From Scenedesmus sp. PABB004 (Eukaryota), in contig CM026547.1 in NCBI GenBank assembly GCA_014905635.1, positions 1,488,001 to 1,552,000 on the forward strand: a stretch of DNA of 64,000 bases, in the 5' to 3' direction. Made by a program: the position numbers and the translations under genes. This document shows positions 36,801 to 47,703 of the stretch, piece after piece (within the stretch, counting starts at the first letter, position 1; each line of letters begins with the position of its first letter). The notes beneath the pieces are model-generated. The model worked only from the letters and a program-made list of their open reading frames with translations, had not been told where the DNA came from and did no database searches.

Positions 36801-38480
36801 CGCAAGGTCAACAGCTACACCTCCTCCGCGGAGACCAGCCCCTTTGGCGACCTGCGCCGCCAGCTCGCCGGCGGCTCCAGCCGCGACGCGGGCGTGCTCG
36901 ACACGCCCGCCGCGGCCGCGGCGCTCGCGAGCGCGGCAGCTGCGGGCCTGGCGGCCGGCGACGCGGCGGTGTGGCCGGCGGGCGAGCGCACGACCAGCCC
37001 CGAACTGCCCGCCAGGTGGGGGCGCGTTGCTGGCGTGCGCCGGCGGCGGCGCCGCGCCGACCGCCAGGCGGCGCGCGTCTTCGCCGTCCGCGCCGCGAGC
37101 TGCTGCGCAGCTCACGCGCCGCCCACACCGCGCCGCCGCCCGCGCCCGCAGCCACGAGGACGAGGCCGGCCCCGCCTGGCCGGAGGGCGGCCCGCGCCTC
37201 ATGTCTGGGCGCGTCACGCCCACCCCCGCGCCGCAGGCGCAGCGGCGCGGCGTCGGGCGGCCCGCATCGGTGGCGGGCCGCGCGGCGCCCGCCGCGCCCA
37301 GCACGCCCGCGCCGGGCACGGCTGGCAGCAGCGGCGGCGGTGCGCCGCCCGCGACTGCGGCGGCGGCTGGCCAGCAGGCGCTGGTGTCGCCGTCGCAGGA
37401 GAGCAGCAGCAGCGGTGCGCGCAGCGCCGCGCCGTCGTCGTCGCTGTCGCCGACGGGCAGCGCCGCGGCGGCGGCGGCGGAGCAGCTGGTGCGGCTGCAG
37501 GAGGCGTGGCGGGAGAGTGTGGAGAAGGACGTGAGCTGCCTGCGCGAGGTGCTGGCGCAGTACAAGGAGCAGGTGGAGCGGCTGGAGATGCAGAAGAAGC
37601 TGCTGCTCAGCCAGGTGCGGCCGCGCGCGTGGGTGGTGTGGGTGGTGGTGTGGGGGGCAGGGTGGCGGGCGGACTGCGCGCCGCAGCGCCGCGCGGCGGC
37701 GGCCGCCAGGGCGCGGTGCCGAGGCTGACCGCTCCGCCGCGGCCGGCGCTGGCGGCGCAGGTGCTCAAGCTGGAGTTTTCGCTCGAGGAGGAGGAGGGCC
37801 GCGTCGCCGAGCTGCAGTCGCAGCTCGCACAGAGCCAGCGCGACGGCGCGCGCGCGGCCGCGGCGGCAGCCGCTGGCGGCGGCGGGGCGGCCGCAGCGAG
37901 CGCTGCGGCCGCGGCGGCGGCGGCCGCCGCTGCGGCGGCGGCCCCCAGCGAGTGCGGCGGCCCCGGCCTGCTGCCGCCCATCAACACGCCGCCGCCGGGG
38001 CTGGGCATGTTTGACGCCGCCTCGGACGACGGCTGGGCGAGCACGCCGACCGCGGACACGCTGCTGCCGCGCATCGTGGCGCTGTGGGAGGAGCTGTACG
38101 TCCCGCTCGCGTACCGCTCGCGCTTCTTCCTGTCCTTCCGGGGGCGCGAGGTGTTCTACTACGAGGTTGAGGCGCGCCGCCTGGAGTGGAAGCGCCGCCA
38201 GATGCTCGCGGGCGCGACGGAGGAGCCCGCGGGCTGGGACGCGCCGGGCGGCCACCTGTCGCGCGGCTCGTTCACGAGCGCCGCGCCCGACGGCGCCGGC
38301 CGGCCGGGCACGCCGTCGGACGGCGCGCGGCGCGCCGGCACGCCGCGCGGGGGGCTCGCGGCGAGCGGCAGCTTCGCCGGCATGCGGCGGCGCAGCCGCG
38401 CGCTCGACAAGGCGGCCAGGTGCGGCTCGCCCGCCCGGCGGCCCGCCCGGCCGCTCGGACGGCCCGGCGGCCCCGCCGAC

Positions 38481-38526
<46 letters not shown>

Positions 38527-39329
38527 TGGCCGTCTGTCCTGCAGGGCGCTCGACTGGGAGCGCAAGAGCCTGGCGGCGGGGCTGAAGTGGAACCTGACCG
38601 AGGCGGAGCGCGAGGAGCTGTACCGCGCGTGGGGCGTCGACCCCGACACCAAGGAGCGCAAGCTCCAGCTCGTGTTCAAGCTCTGGAGCAAGGACACGCT
38701 GCAGTGAGCGCGCCGCGCCGCGCCGCGCCGCGCCCGTCGAGGGCGCCTCGCACAGCCGGGCGCGCTGCGCACCGCCGCCGCCGCCGAGCGCCGCCGCCGA
38801 GCCCCGCCGCCGCGGCCCCGCCGCGCCGCGCAGGCAGCCGGACGGCATGGCGCGCAGCAGCGAGCTCGTCGTGCTGCTGGCGGGCATGGACGCGAGCGAG
38901 CACATGATGGAGCTGGTCTTTGGCAGCGCGCTGCGCGAGTACGGCGGCGGCGCGGGCCCGCTCGCGCGCAGCAGCACCAGCGGCCTCGGCTACGCGGTCA
39001 GCACCATCGTGCGCCGCCTCGCGCCGCCGCTCGCGCGCACGGCGGCGGGCATGGTGGGCGGGCCGATGCGCTCGTCGCTCTCGGTCGCCGGCAGCGGCGG
39101 CGGGCTCGCCGCGCACGGGCTGGGCTACGGCGGCGGCCGCCGCGGCGGCGGGTCGTTCACGAGCCGCCTCAGCGGGGGCCTCATCAGCCTGCTCGGCAGC
39201 CGCGAGGGCGGCGCCGGCGGCGGCGGGCTCACCGCGGCGCACCTCGCGGGCGCGGGCGGCGGCAGCGGCGCGCCGAGCCGGGAGGGCTCCTTCAGCAGCC
39301 TGGCCAGCAGCGTGCGGTACCGGCGGTAG
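33819..39329 (+). CDS. Kinesin-7 (NACK1/CENP-E-like) with C-terminal DUF3490-like domain; one apparent frameshift
   Basis: YGPTGAGKT, LEVYNE, MNDSSSRSH, FVDLAGSER, HVPFRDSKLTRLLQ; C-terminal IVALWEELYVPLAYRSRFFL...YYEVEARRL...EREELYRAWGV...RKLQLVFKLW. Confidence 0.88.
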
Positions 39330-39641
39330 CAGGCGGTAGCAGGCCGCGGCGGCCCGGCCCCCGGGGGCGGCCGGTGGTGAGCCGGGCAGGCGCGGAGGTG
39401 GGGCTTTGTGTGCCGCAGCGCCCCAGCGGCGCGCGCTGCCGCGGCGGTGGTGCGGGCGAGTGCGGGCGGGCGCGGAGACGACGGGGCAGTGCAACCCCCC
39501 TCCGTTGTGACGTGCGCTGCACCGCCGCCACCGCTGGCGCAGCAGCAGCAGCACGAGCGCTTGCGAGCTCGTTTTGCGCCGCTGCGCGCCCGAACAGCTC
39601 GTGTGACAGCTCTGGGAGACGCAAGGGCCCTGCCAGCCTGC

Positions 39642-41078
39642 ATGCGGGTGGCTGGGCTGGCGCCGGTCCCCTGGCGGGCGGGGTGTCGGCAGCAGCATCG
39701 GCGATGCCCCGTCCATGCCCCGCGCTTGCCGACGGCCGCGGCGGCTGCCAGCGGTCACTCACCCTCAGGAGATGCTCCTGAGGGACTGCCGACGCAGCAG
39801 CAGCAGAAGCAGCAGCCGCAGTCGCAGCAGCAGCGGGCGCCGTCGCAGCAGGCGCAGCAGCAGCAGCAGGCGCCGCAGCCGCGGTGGCAGGACCTGCAGC
39901 AGCAGCAGCCGCAGCCGGCGCCGCCGTGGCTGGCCGAGCCGGCGGGGTCGCCGGACGGCGGCGACGGCGGCGACGGCGGCGACGGCGGCGAGGACCACGT
40001 GCCCTGGCACGCGCGGCGGCGCGCGCGGGCGCTGCGCGAGGTGCTCGGCCTGCCGCCGTTCCGATTTCAGAGCCTAGTGGAGCGCGCGCCGGCGCTGCTG
40101 GGCTTCCAGCCGGGCACGCTCGCCGCGACGCTCGACGCGCTGTGCGCGGCGCTGCACACGACGCAGAAGGGCGTGCTGGCGGTCGTCGAGGCGCGGCCGG
40201 GCGCGCTGCTGGCGCCGCACGAGCCGGTCGCCGTGCTGCACACGCTCGCGGGCGTGCTTCGAAAGTCGCCGGACGGCGCCGCCTTCCTGCTGGCGCCGCA
40301 CCCGCAGCTCCTCGCGCTGACGCCGGCGCAGCTGGAGGACCGGCTCGCCGCGCTGGCGCGCGTCATGCGCTGGCCGCCAGGGCCGCGCGGCGCGCCGGCG
40401 GCGGCGGCGGCGGCGGCGGGCTCCGCCGGCGTCGGGGGCGGCGCGACGCTGCTGTGGCTGCTCGCGACGCCCCTGCCGCGCACCGCGGCGGCGCTCGAGG
40501 CCGTCGCGGCGGCGCTGGACGCGTGCCCGGACGACGCGGCGGCCATGGCGAGCCGGCACCCGCACCTGCTCGTGATGTCGCCCGCCGTGCTGCGCTCGCG
40601 CCTGTTCCTGCTGGCCGAGGCGGCGGGCACGAGCTGCGGCGGCCTGCTGGAGGCGCTGGAGCCGGCGCAGCTCCGCGCGCTCGCGGGCGTGCTGCTGCTG
40701 AGCCCCGCGCGCATCGAGCAGGGCCTGCTCGCGCTCGCGGCGGTGCTCGGCTGCACGCGCGCCGACGCGGTGGACCTGCTGCTGCGCCTCGACGGCGGCC
40801 CCGGCGCGCTGCCGGGCGTGCAGGTGGCGTGGGTGGCGCTGCAGGCGGCGTGCCGCGCCCACCCGCCCTGGGCGGAGGAGCTGCGGGCAGCGCGGCGGGG
40901 CGACCTCGCCGCGCTGCTGGCCGCCACGCACGAGGGCCTCGCGCAGGCGCGCTTCCTCGTCGCCGCGGGCGCGGCGGGCGGCGCCAGCCTGCGCGCCGCG
41001 CTCGAGTGCCCGCCCGGCGAGTTCCGGCGGCGCCACGGCGCCGCCTACGCGGCGTGGCTGCGGGGCGGCGGCGTGTGA
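39642..41078 (+). CDS. mTERF-like organellar helical-repeat protein, intronless
   Basis: Repeated 'LVERAPALLGFQP / LLAPHPQLLALTP / MASRHPHLLVMSP' units with a transit-peptide-like N-terminus; start codon uncertain. Confidence 0.6.
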   Translation: MRVAGLAPVPWRAGCRQQHRRCPVHAPRLPTAAAAASGHSPSGDAPEGLPTQQQQKQQPQSQQQRAPSQQAQQQQQAPQPRWQDLQQQQPQPAPPWLAEPAGSPDGGDGGDGGDGGEDHVPWHARRRARALREVLGLPPFRFQSLVERAPALLGFQPGTLAATLDALCAALHTTQKGVLAVVEARPGALLAPHEPVAVLHTLAGVLRKSPDGAAFLLAPHPQLLALTPAQLEDRLAALARVMRWPPGPRGAPAAAAAAAGSAGVGGGATLLWLLATPLPRTAAALEAVAAALDACPDDAAAMASRHPHLLVMSPAVLRSRLFLLAEAAGTSCGGLLEALEPAQLRALAGVLLLSPARIEQGLLALAAVLGCTRADAVDLLLRLDGGPGALPGVQVAWVALQAACRAHPPWAEELRAARRGDLAALLAATHEGLAQARFLVAAGAAGGASLRAALECPPGEFRRRHGAAYAAWLRGGGV

Positions 41079-41470
41079 GCCGGCGCCCGCGCGTCTGCCA
41101 GGGCACGCGCGCGTTCCAGCGCCGCGGTCTGGCGGGGCCTGCTAACTCGTGCCCCGTGCTTGTCAAGTTCTGGAGGCTCCGTCGCGTCTCCCGCGAGGTC
41201 GCAGGCAGGTGGGGAAGCAGAGGCAGCTCACGCGCCGCCGCCCGCCGCCGACCAAAATCAGCAGTAACGTCTGGCGCGTGCTGCGGCCGCGCAGCGCTCG
41301 CCCAGAGACTTACCTTCGTATCTAAGAGCTCAGTGGCAGCGCGTGCCGCGCACTCAGCTGCCGGAGAGCGGCTGGCGGGCCCCGCCTTCGCGGGCAAAGG
41401 CGCGCGAAGCTGGGCGCCCGAACATCTGGCCACGCAGCAGCTCTCCGCAGGTCGGAACGGAGCTGCTGGC

Positions 41471-43330
41471 ATGGCCGGCACGGCGGCGCGCTGGCAGGGG
41501 TGGCAACGGCGGCGGCGCGCGCTGGCCGCGCTGCTGCTGCTCTTCGCGGCGCCGCCGCCCGGCGCCGAGGCGGTGGCGCCGGCCAGCACCGCCCGCGGCA
41601 CCATCAGCTTGATGGCCGCAGCCGCGCGCGCCAGAGAGCAGGCCGCGCCGGCCGGCGCCGTCGGCGGCGCGCCGGGGGCTGGTGCGGCCGGCGGGACCGC
41701 CGCGGCTGGCCCCAGCTCGGCGGCGACGGGGGACGAGGCAGCGCTGGTGTTCCATGACGCCGACCTGGGCGTGCGCGAGCTCGCCTTCCCGCTGCGCCTG
41801 CCCGGCGAGTTTGTGTCAGAGGCGGGCGTGTCGTTCGCGACCGGCGAGCTGCGCGTCTTTGTTCGTCAGGTCTGCGCACCCGGCGGCGGCGTGGAGGTGC
41901 ACGGCTTCGCCGGCCTCTGGCCCGACGACCCGGCGTTTGCCGGGCGCCGCGCGACCTACTTTTATCGCCAGCCGCCGGAGCTGCGCGCCGCGCTGTCGCT
42001 CTCGCTGTCGGGCGTCGTCGTCGCGGCGCGCGGCGGCGCGGCGGGGCCGGCGGAGGCGCCGCTGGCTTGGCAGGACGACGCCGGCGCGGACATGGGGCTC
42101 TGGGGCCTGCACGGGCGCTTCGAGGCGGCGGCGCCGCAGCACCGAGCACCCGTGCTGGTGCTGGCGGGGTGCGGCACGCAGCACCAGCTGCCCGTGCTGG
42201 CGTGCGGCGGCGGCGGCGGGAACGCCAGCGACGCCGGCGACGCGCCGCCGACGGTCGTGGTCAACGCGCACGGCACGGAGCTGCCGCTGCGGCGCGGCGC
42301 CTGGAACGTCGTCACGACGACCAACCCCACGCACGTCGCGCCGGAGCGCCTCGCGCGGCTGCTGCTGCTGCACGCAGCGCACCACCGGGGGCTCGGCTTT
42401 CAGGGAGCGGTGCTGCGCTGCAACCCGGACGAGGCGCGCGCGCTGGCGGCGATGCCGAGCGTCGCCGCAGAGGTCGCGGCGGGGCGCCTGCTCATCTGGC
42501 CCTGGGCGTGGCGGGTGCGCAGCGGTGGCCGGCGGGCGCGGGCGCCGGCGGGGGCGGGGGCGGGCGGCGGCGGGCGGCGCGGCCATCCCTGCCGCCGCGC
42601 GCTCACGCCGCGCCGCCGCCGCGCGCCGACGCAGGGCATGGCCGCCGCGCCGGCGGGCGCCGCCGGCGGCGCGGCGCGGCCCTACTTCTGGCAGGTGCCG
42701 CGCAACCAGCTGACGCTGCTGGCCGCGCGTGGGCGGGGGCTGGCACTCTCGTTCTTTGACCTGGACGAGTACCTGGTGCTGCCGGGCGCGGCGGCGGCAC
42801 GGGGGCCGGGCGCCGGCGGCGGCGCGCTCGCCCAGGCGACCGCCGCCTGCCTGCCGACGCGCTGGCTGGACCGCGCGTGCGGCGGCTGGACCTTCCCCCG
42901 CCACGCGGCGGCAGCCGAGTGCGACGGCGAGGAGCTGGACTGCTGGGCGGCCGCGGCCGCGCGCAGCGGCGCAGAGCCGGCCGGGCTCACGCTGGACATC
43001 ACGCGCTGCCCCTGCGCGCTGGGCAAGGTGCTGGCGCACGCCGACGCGCTCGTCAACGCCAAGGTCCACACCGCGCAGCCGGCGGCGGGGCGCGAGGTGT
43101 GCCGCGTGCCGCCGAGCTGCGGCTGGCTGCTGCACATGCACGCCCTCATCGCGAGCCACCGCCCTTGGAAGGTGCGCCAGGCGGCGGCCGAGGAGGTGAC
43201 GGGGCGCTGGGCGGTCGCGGCGGGCGGCGCCGGCGCGGTGGCGCACGACGACGCGCGGGCGCGGCCGCTGAGCGACGCCGAGTGCAAGCAGCGGCGGCTG
43301 CCGCCGCTCAAGGTCTGCGCGCAGACGTGA
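41471..43330 (+). CDS. Glycosyltransferase-like protein (GT92/DUF23-like), signal-anchored
   Basis: N-terminal hydrophobic segment; HHRGLGF, QVPRNQL..L, SFFDLDEYL (DxD motif); one probable intron at about 42507-42634; TGTAA at 43412. Confidence 0.6.
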   Translation: MAGTAARWQGWQRRRRALAALLLLFAAPPPGAEAVAPASTARGTISLMAAAARAREQAAPAGAVGGAPGAGAAGGTAAAGPSSAATGDEAALVFHDADLGVRELAFPLRLPGEFVSEAGVSFATGELRVFVRQVCAPGGGVEVHGFAGLWPDDPAFAGRRATYFYRQPPELRAALSLSLSGVVVAARGGAAGPAEAPLAWQDDAGADMGLWGLHGRFEAAAPQHRAPVLVLAGCGTQHQLPVLACGGGGGNASDAGDAPPTVVVNAHGTELPLRRGAWNVVTTTNPTHVAPERLARLLLLHAAHHRGLGFQGAVLRCNPDEARALAAMPSVAAEVAAGRLLIWPWAWRVRSGGRRARAPAGAGAGGGGRRGHPCRRALTPRRRRAPTQGMAAAPAGAAGGAARPYFWQVPRNQLTLLAARGRGLALSFFDLDEYLVLPGAAAARGPGAGGGALAQATAACLPTRWLDRACGGWTFPRHAAAAECDGEELDCWAAAAARSGAEPAGLTLDITRCPCALGKVLAHADALVNAKVHTAQPAAGREVCRVPPSCGWLLHMHALIASHRPWKVRQAAAEEVTGRWAVAAGGAGAVAHDDARARPLSDAECKQRRLPPLKVCAQT

Positions 43331-43474
43331 CGCGGCCGGCGCGCCCAGCTGGGTGTGCAGCCTGCACAGATTGGACGGCGCACGGCGGGCGCGCGCCCCG
43401 CCCTGCAGCCCTGTAAATGCGCGCGCCGTCGGTTACCCTCGAGCCCACGCGCGGTTGCGCGCGACGGGGCCCCC

Positions 43475-46023
43475 TCACCGCTGCGCGAGCGCGCCGACCG
43501 CCGCCAGCGCCTGCGCGCAGCCCGGGTCGCGCGCCGCCGCCATCGCGGCGCAGCGCCGCGCCTCCGCGACGTCGCCCTGCATGGCCCTGCAGCGCGCCAT
43601 GTTGAGCAGCACCGCGCCCTCGCGCTCCACCTCCCACGCGGGCGCGCCGCCCGGCGCGCCGCACGCGCCGCCGCCCCGGCCGCCGCCGCGGCTGCTGCTG
43701 TCGTCGTCGGAGCGGGCGCTGCCGGCGCGCGCGCTGTGCGGGTCGCCGCCGCCGCCGCCGCCGCCTCCGCCGCCGCTGCTGCCCTGCTGCTCGCCGCCGC
43801 CGCCGTGCGGCGCGCCCGCCATGAACAGCGCGGCGTGGCCCGCCAGCTGCTCCGCCGCCTCGTCGGCGCGGCCGAGCAGGCAGAGCGCCTCGGCGGCGTA
43901 GCAGGTGCCGAGGAAGTGGTGGCGCGGGCTCATGCTGCTGCGCGCGAGCAGCGCCTGCGCCGCCGCGAGCGCCGCGCCGGGGCGGCCCAGCGTCAGCTCC
44001 ACGTACGCGAGGCTCGCGAGCAGCGCCTGCTGCGTCGCGGGCAGCTCCGGCGGCAGCAGGCAGGCCGACGCCTCCATCAACGGGTGCGCGCCCGCCGCGG
44101 CAGCGGCGGCGGCGGCGGCGGCTGGCGTCGAGCTGCTGCTGCAGCCGGCCTCGCCGCCGGCGTCGGGCTGCCCGAACAGGCCCTCGCCGCTGCTGGCCGC
44201 GAGCCACGGGGGCGCCCCTGCGCCGAGGTCGCCCGCGGCCGCGGCCGCCGCTGCGGCCGCGGCCGCCTCCGCGTGCTTGGCCGCCTCTGCCTGCTGCCCC
44301 TGCAGCAGCGCGAGGCCGTTGTTTAGGTGCTGCGCCGCCTGCTCCAGCAGCGCCTGGCCGTCGGCGTCGAGCGGTGGCGGCTGCTGCGGCTGCGGCTGCT
44401 CCTGCTGCTGCTCGGCCGCCGCCTGCTGCTCATGGTGCAGCGCGATGAGCGCCTCCGCCATGCGCAGCCAGAGCTGCGGCAGCGTGAAGAGCTTGCCGCT
44501 CGCCGCCTCAAAGCACTCCAGCGCGGCGCGCCAGTTCTGCAGCGCGAGCTGCTGCAGGCCCATGTTGTAGTGCAGGGCGTCGCTCTCGTCCGCGAGCAGC
44601 CAGGGCCCGCGGCCGTCGCGCTGCTGCTGCGCGGGGCCGGCCCCGCCGCCGAGCTGCGCGTCAAACGCGGCCTGGTGCTGCGCGAGCGCGGTGCTGAGGT
44701 ACAGCGCGGCCACGTGGTGCTTGCCCAGCTGGTGGTGGATGGCCGCGAGCGTGTTGAGCAGCGTCAGCCGGTGCCGCGCGCCCGACCCCGCCGCCGCCGC
44801 CAGCAGCGGGGCGAGCGTCTTGAGCGCCTTCTTGGGCTGCTGCCGCAGCACCTCGACCTGCGCCTTGAGCAGCGCCGCGCCGGGGCTGGCGGGCTGCAGC
44901 GCCAGCAGCGCGCGCGCCTGCGGCGCGCGGGCGGCGCGCGCGCGTCGGCCGGCGCCGCGCGGGAGGTCGGCCATGCGGCCTGCGCCGCCGCCGCGGCGCA
45001 CCTCCTTCTTGGCGGCCTTGGTGTTGCTGCACGCGACGGCCAGCCGCGCCTTGTACAGGTGCAGCAGCGCGGGCAGGTCGGGGGCGGGCGGCGGCGCGCC
45101 GCCCTGCGCCGCGACCAGCGCCGCGACCCGGCCCATGAACGCAGAGCTGCAGCGCGACACCGGCGGCAGCGCGTCCACGCTGAGCGGCCCGCCCGCGCCG
45201 TCCGGCGGCAGCGGCGGCGGCGGCCGCGGCGACGGCGAGCGCGGCGCGTGCGGCCCGTCCGCCGCGCCGGCGCCGGCGCCGGCGCCGCCGTCGTCGGCGC
45301 CGTCGGCGCCCTCGGCCGGCCGGCGCGGCGGCGCGGCGGCGGCGGCGAGGTAGCGCAGGACCTGGGCCGCGCGCGAGAGCTGGCGGCTGCCGAGGTAGAC
45401 CTCGAGCAGCAGCACGCACAGCGCGAGCGCCGCGCCGCCGTGCAGCGCCTCGACGCCGCGGTAGAGCGGCTCCAGCACGCCCAGCGCGGCCGCGTGCTGC
45501 TGCGCGGCAAACAGCAGCGCGCCGCGGTTCAGCGCCGCGACCGCGGCGCCGGGGCTGCTCGCGCCGCCGTCGCCGCCGGCGCCGCCGTCGCCGCCGTGTG
45601 CGTCCTGCGGGGCCGCGCATGTGGACGCGTGCGGGCGCGTGCGGGCGCGGTCAGGGGCGACCTCGCCGCGCGCGCTGCCGGCCGCTGCCGGCGGGGGCAC
45701 CGCGCGCCGCCGCTGCGCGCACCAGCCACGCCCCGAGCTGGTCGGCCAGGCACTGCAGGCTCGCGCCGCCAGCCTGGAAGCCTGCCAGTGCGAGGTTGAG
45801 CTGCACCTGCGCGCAGCGCCGGGGGGCTCGCCGGCTGGCCGCCGGTGCCGGCGCAGCGCGGCGGCAGCAGCAGCAGCGGCGGCGGCGCGGCGGCCGCGCG
45901 CACCTTGCCGTCCGCCGGCTCCTGCGCCTCCAGCCGCTCCAGCGTTGCCTGTGCGGCGTCGTAGCGCCCCAGGAGCCAGAGCGAGGTCGCCTCCGTGGCC
46001 AGCTCCAGCCCGAGCGGCCCCAT
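43475..46023 (-). CDS. CNOT10: CCR4-NOT complex subunit 10 (TPR)
   Basis: KVQLNLAL, LHLYKARL..TKAAKKE, LHYNMGLQQL...ALECF...PQLWLRMAE, LASLAYVEL, FLGTCYAAEALCLLGR. Confidence 0.85.
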
Positions 46024-46331
46024 TGCGGCGGGCCGGCGGGCTGCGCGGCGCCCGGTGATGGCGGTGGTGACGCCGGGACGAGCCTGAGACGGGCGGGGCG
46101 GGCGCCCGATCGCCCAGCGCGCGGGCTCAGCCCGGGTTGTGCGCTGCACCGCGAAGGGCGCCCGCGCGCGCGCTGGAGCGCCCCGCCAGGCGCTCTCACG
46201 TGCCCCCCTCGCGTCCCTGCGCGCCCTCGCGCCGCCGCCTGCCGCCGGGCGCCACCCAACCGCCCCAGTAGACGCTGCTGCATCCAAACCAGCACGCCCG
46301 CCCGGGCCCCGCGCCGCCCTGATCGCCCGCC

Positions 46332-47380
46332 ATGGCCGACTCGGTGGCCAAGGGCGCGGAGTACTTTGCGCAGGCGCAGAAGAAGCTTAAGTCGTTCAGC
46401 TTCTTCGGTGCGCCCCGCGGCGGAGCAGCGGCGACGCGCGCGTGCACGCGGCGCGCCGCCGCGTGCGCCGCATGCACGCCAGCGGGCCGCCCGCGCCTCC
46501 CCGGTGGCGCCCTGGCGCCCGCGGGCCGACGGCCGCGCCGCCCGCGCGCCGCGGCGCCGGCGCAGGCAACAAGACGGAGGAGGCGGCGGAGCTGCTGGAG
46601 AAGGCGGCCAACTACTACAAGCTCGGCAAGGCCTGGCGGGAGGCGACCGAGGCGTACACGCAGCTGGCGGGCCTGCAGATCAAGCAGGACAGCAAACACG
46701 ACGCCGCCAACGCGTACGTCGAGGGCGCCAAGTGCGCGATGAAGGCGTCGCCGGGCGAGGGCGTCGCGCTGCTGCAGCAGGCGGTGCACCTCTACACCGA
46801 CATGGGCCGCCTCAACATGGCCGCGCGCCAGCTGCGCGACATCGCGGAGGCGCAGGAGAAGCAGGGCCTCAAGGACGAGGCCGCCGCGTTCTACGGCCAG
46901 GCGGCCGACCTGTTTGCGACGGAGAACGCGACGAGCGACGCCAACAAGGCGCGGCTCAAGGTCGCGGAGCTCAGCGCCGAGGCGGAGCGCTACGCGGCGG
47001 CGGAGGAGATCTACGTCGACGTCGCGCGCGCGTGCACGGAGAACAACCTGCTGCGCTTCAGCGCAAAGGGCCACCTCCTGCAGGCCGGCATCTGCGCGCT
47101 CTGCTACGCCGGCGACGACGACGTGGCGGTCAAGCTCGAGCAGTACCGCGACATCGACCTGCAGTTTGCGGGCAGCCGCGAGGCGACGCTGCTGGAGGCC
47201 TGCGCGGCGGCGCTCGCGGCGGTGGACGAGAAGGCCTTTGCGACCGCGGTCGCCGAGTTTGACTCGCTCACGCGCCTCGACGCGTGGAAGACGGCGATGC
47301 TGCTGCGCGTCAAGCGCCGCCTCACGGCGCGCCAGGCGGGCGGCGACGGCGGCGGCGACAGCGAGGACGAGCTGCTGTGA
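46332..47380 (+). CDS. SNAP: Alpha-soluble NSF attachment protein, 2 exons
   Basis: KTEEAAELLEKAANYYK, SKHDAANAYV, YTDMGRLNMAAR, LLRFSAKGHLLQAG, FDSLTRLDAWKTAMLLRVK, C-terminal EDELL. Confidence 0.95.
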
Positions 47381-47703
47381 CGCGCCGCCGCGGCGAGCGG
47401 CGAGCGGCGGGGCGGGGCGGGGCGGGGGCGCGAGGGGCGGGCGGCGAGCAGGGTAGAGGCAGGACTGCAGCGCCGGCGGGCTGCTGCTGCTGTGTGTGCG
47501 GGCGGGCGGGAGAGTGTGGCGCGGCGTCTTGCGGGGCGGCGCTGGGCCGGAGCCCCGCGCCGCGCGTGGCCGTCTCGGAGAGGGGCGCGCCCCGTTGTCC
47601 CGCGGCGTGGCCCGCGTGCATGCCGAGCTCGTGTGCGCGCGCGCCGCGACGCTGGGCAGCTGTAACGAGGCTGCCCCGGTGAGCCTGCGCGCGTTCGGGG
47701 CCG

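Noticed and set aside
41305..41330. ACTTACCT resembling the U1 snRNA 5' end
   Set aside because: It lacks the full ATACTTACCTGG, the U1 stem-loops and an Sm site.
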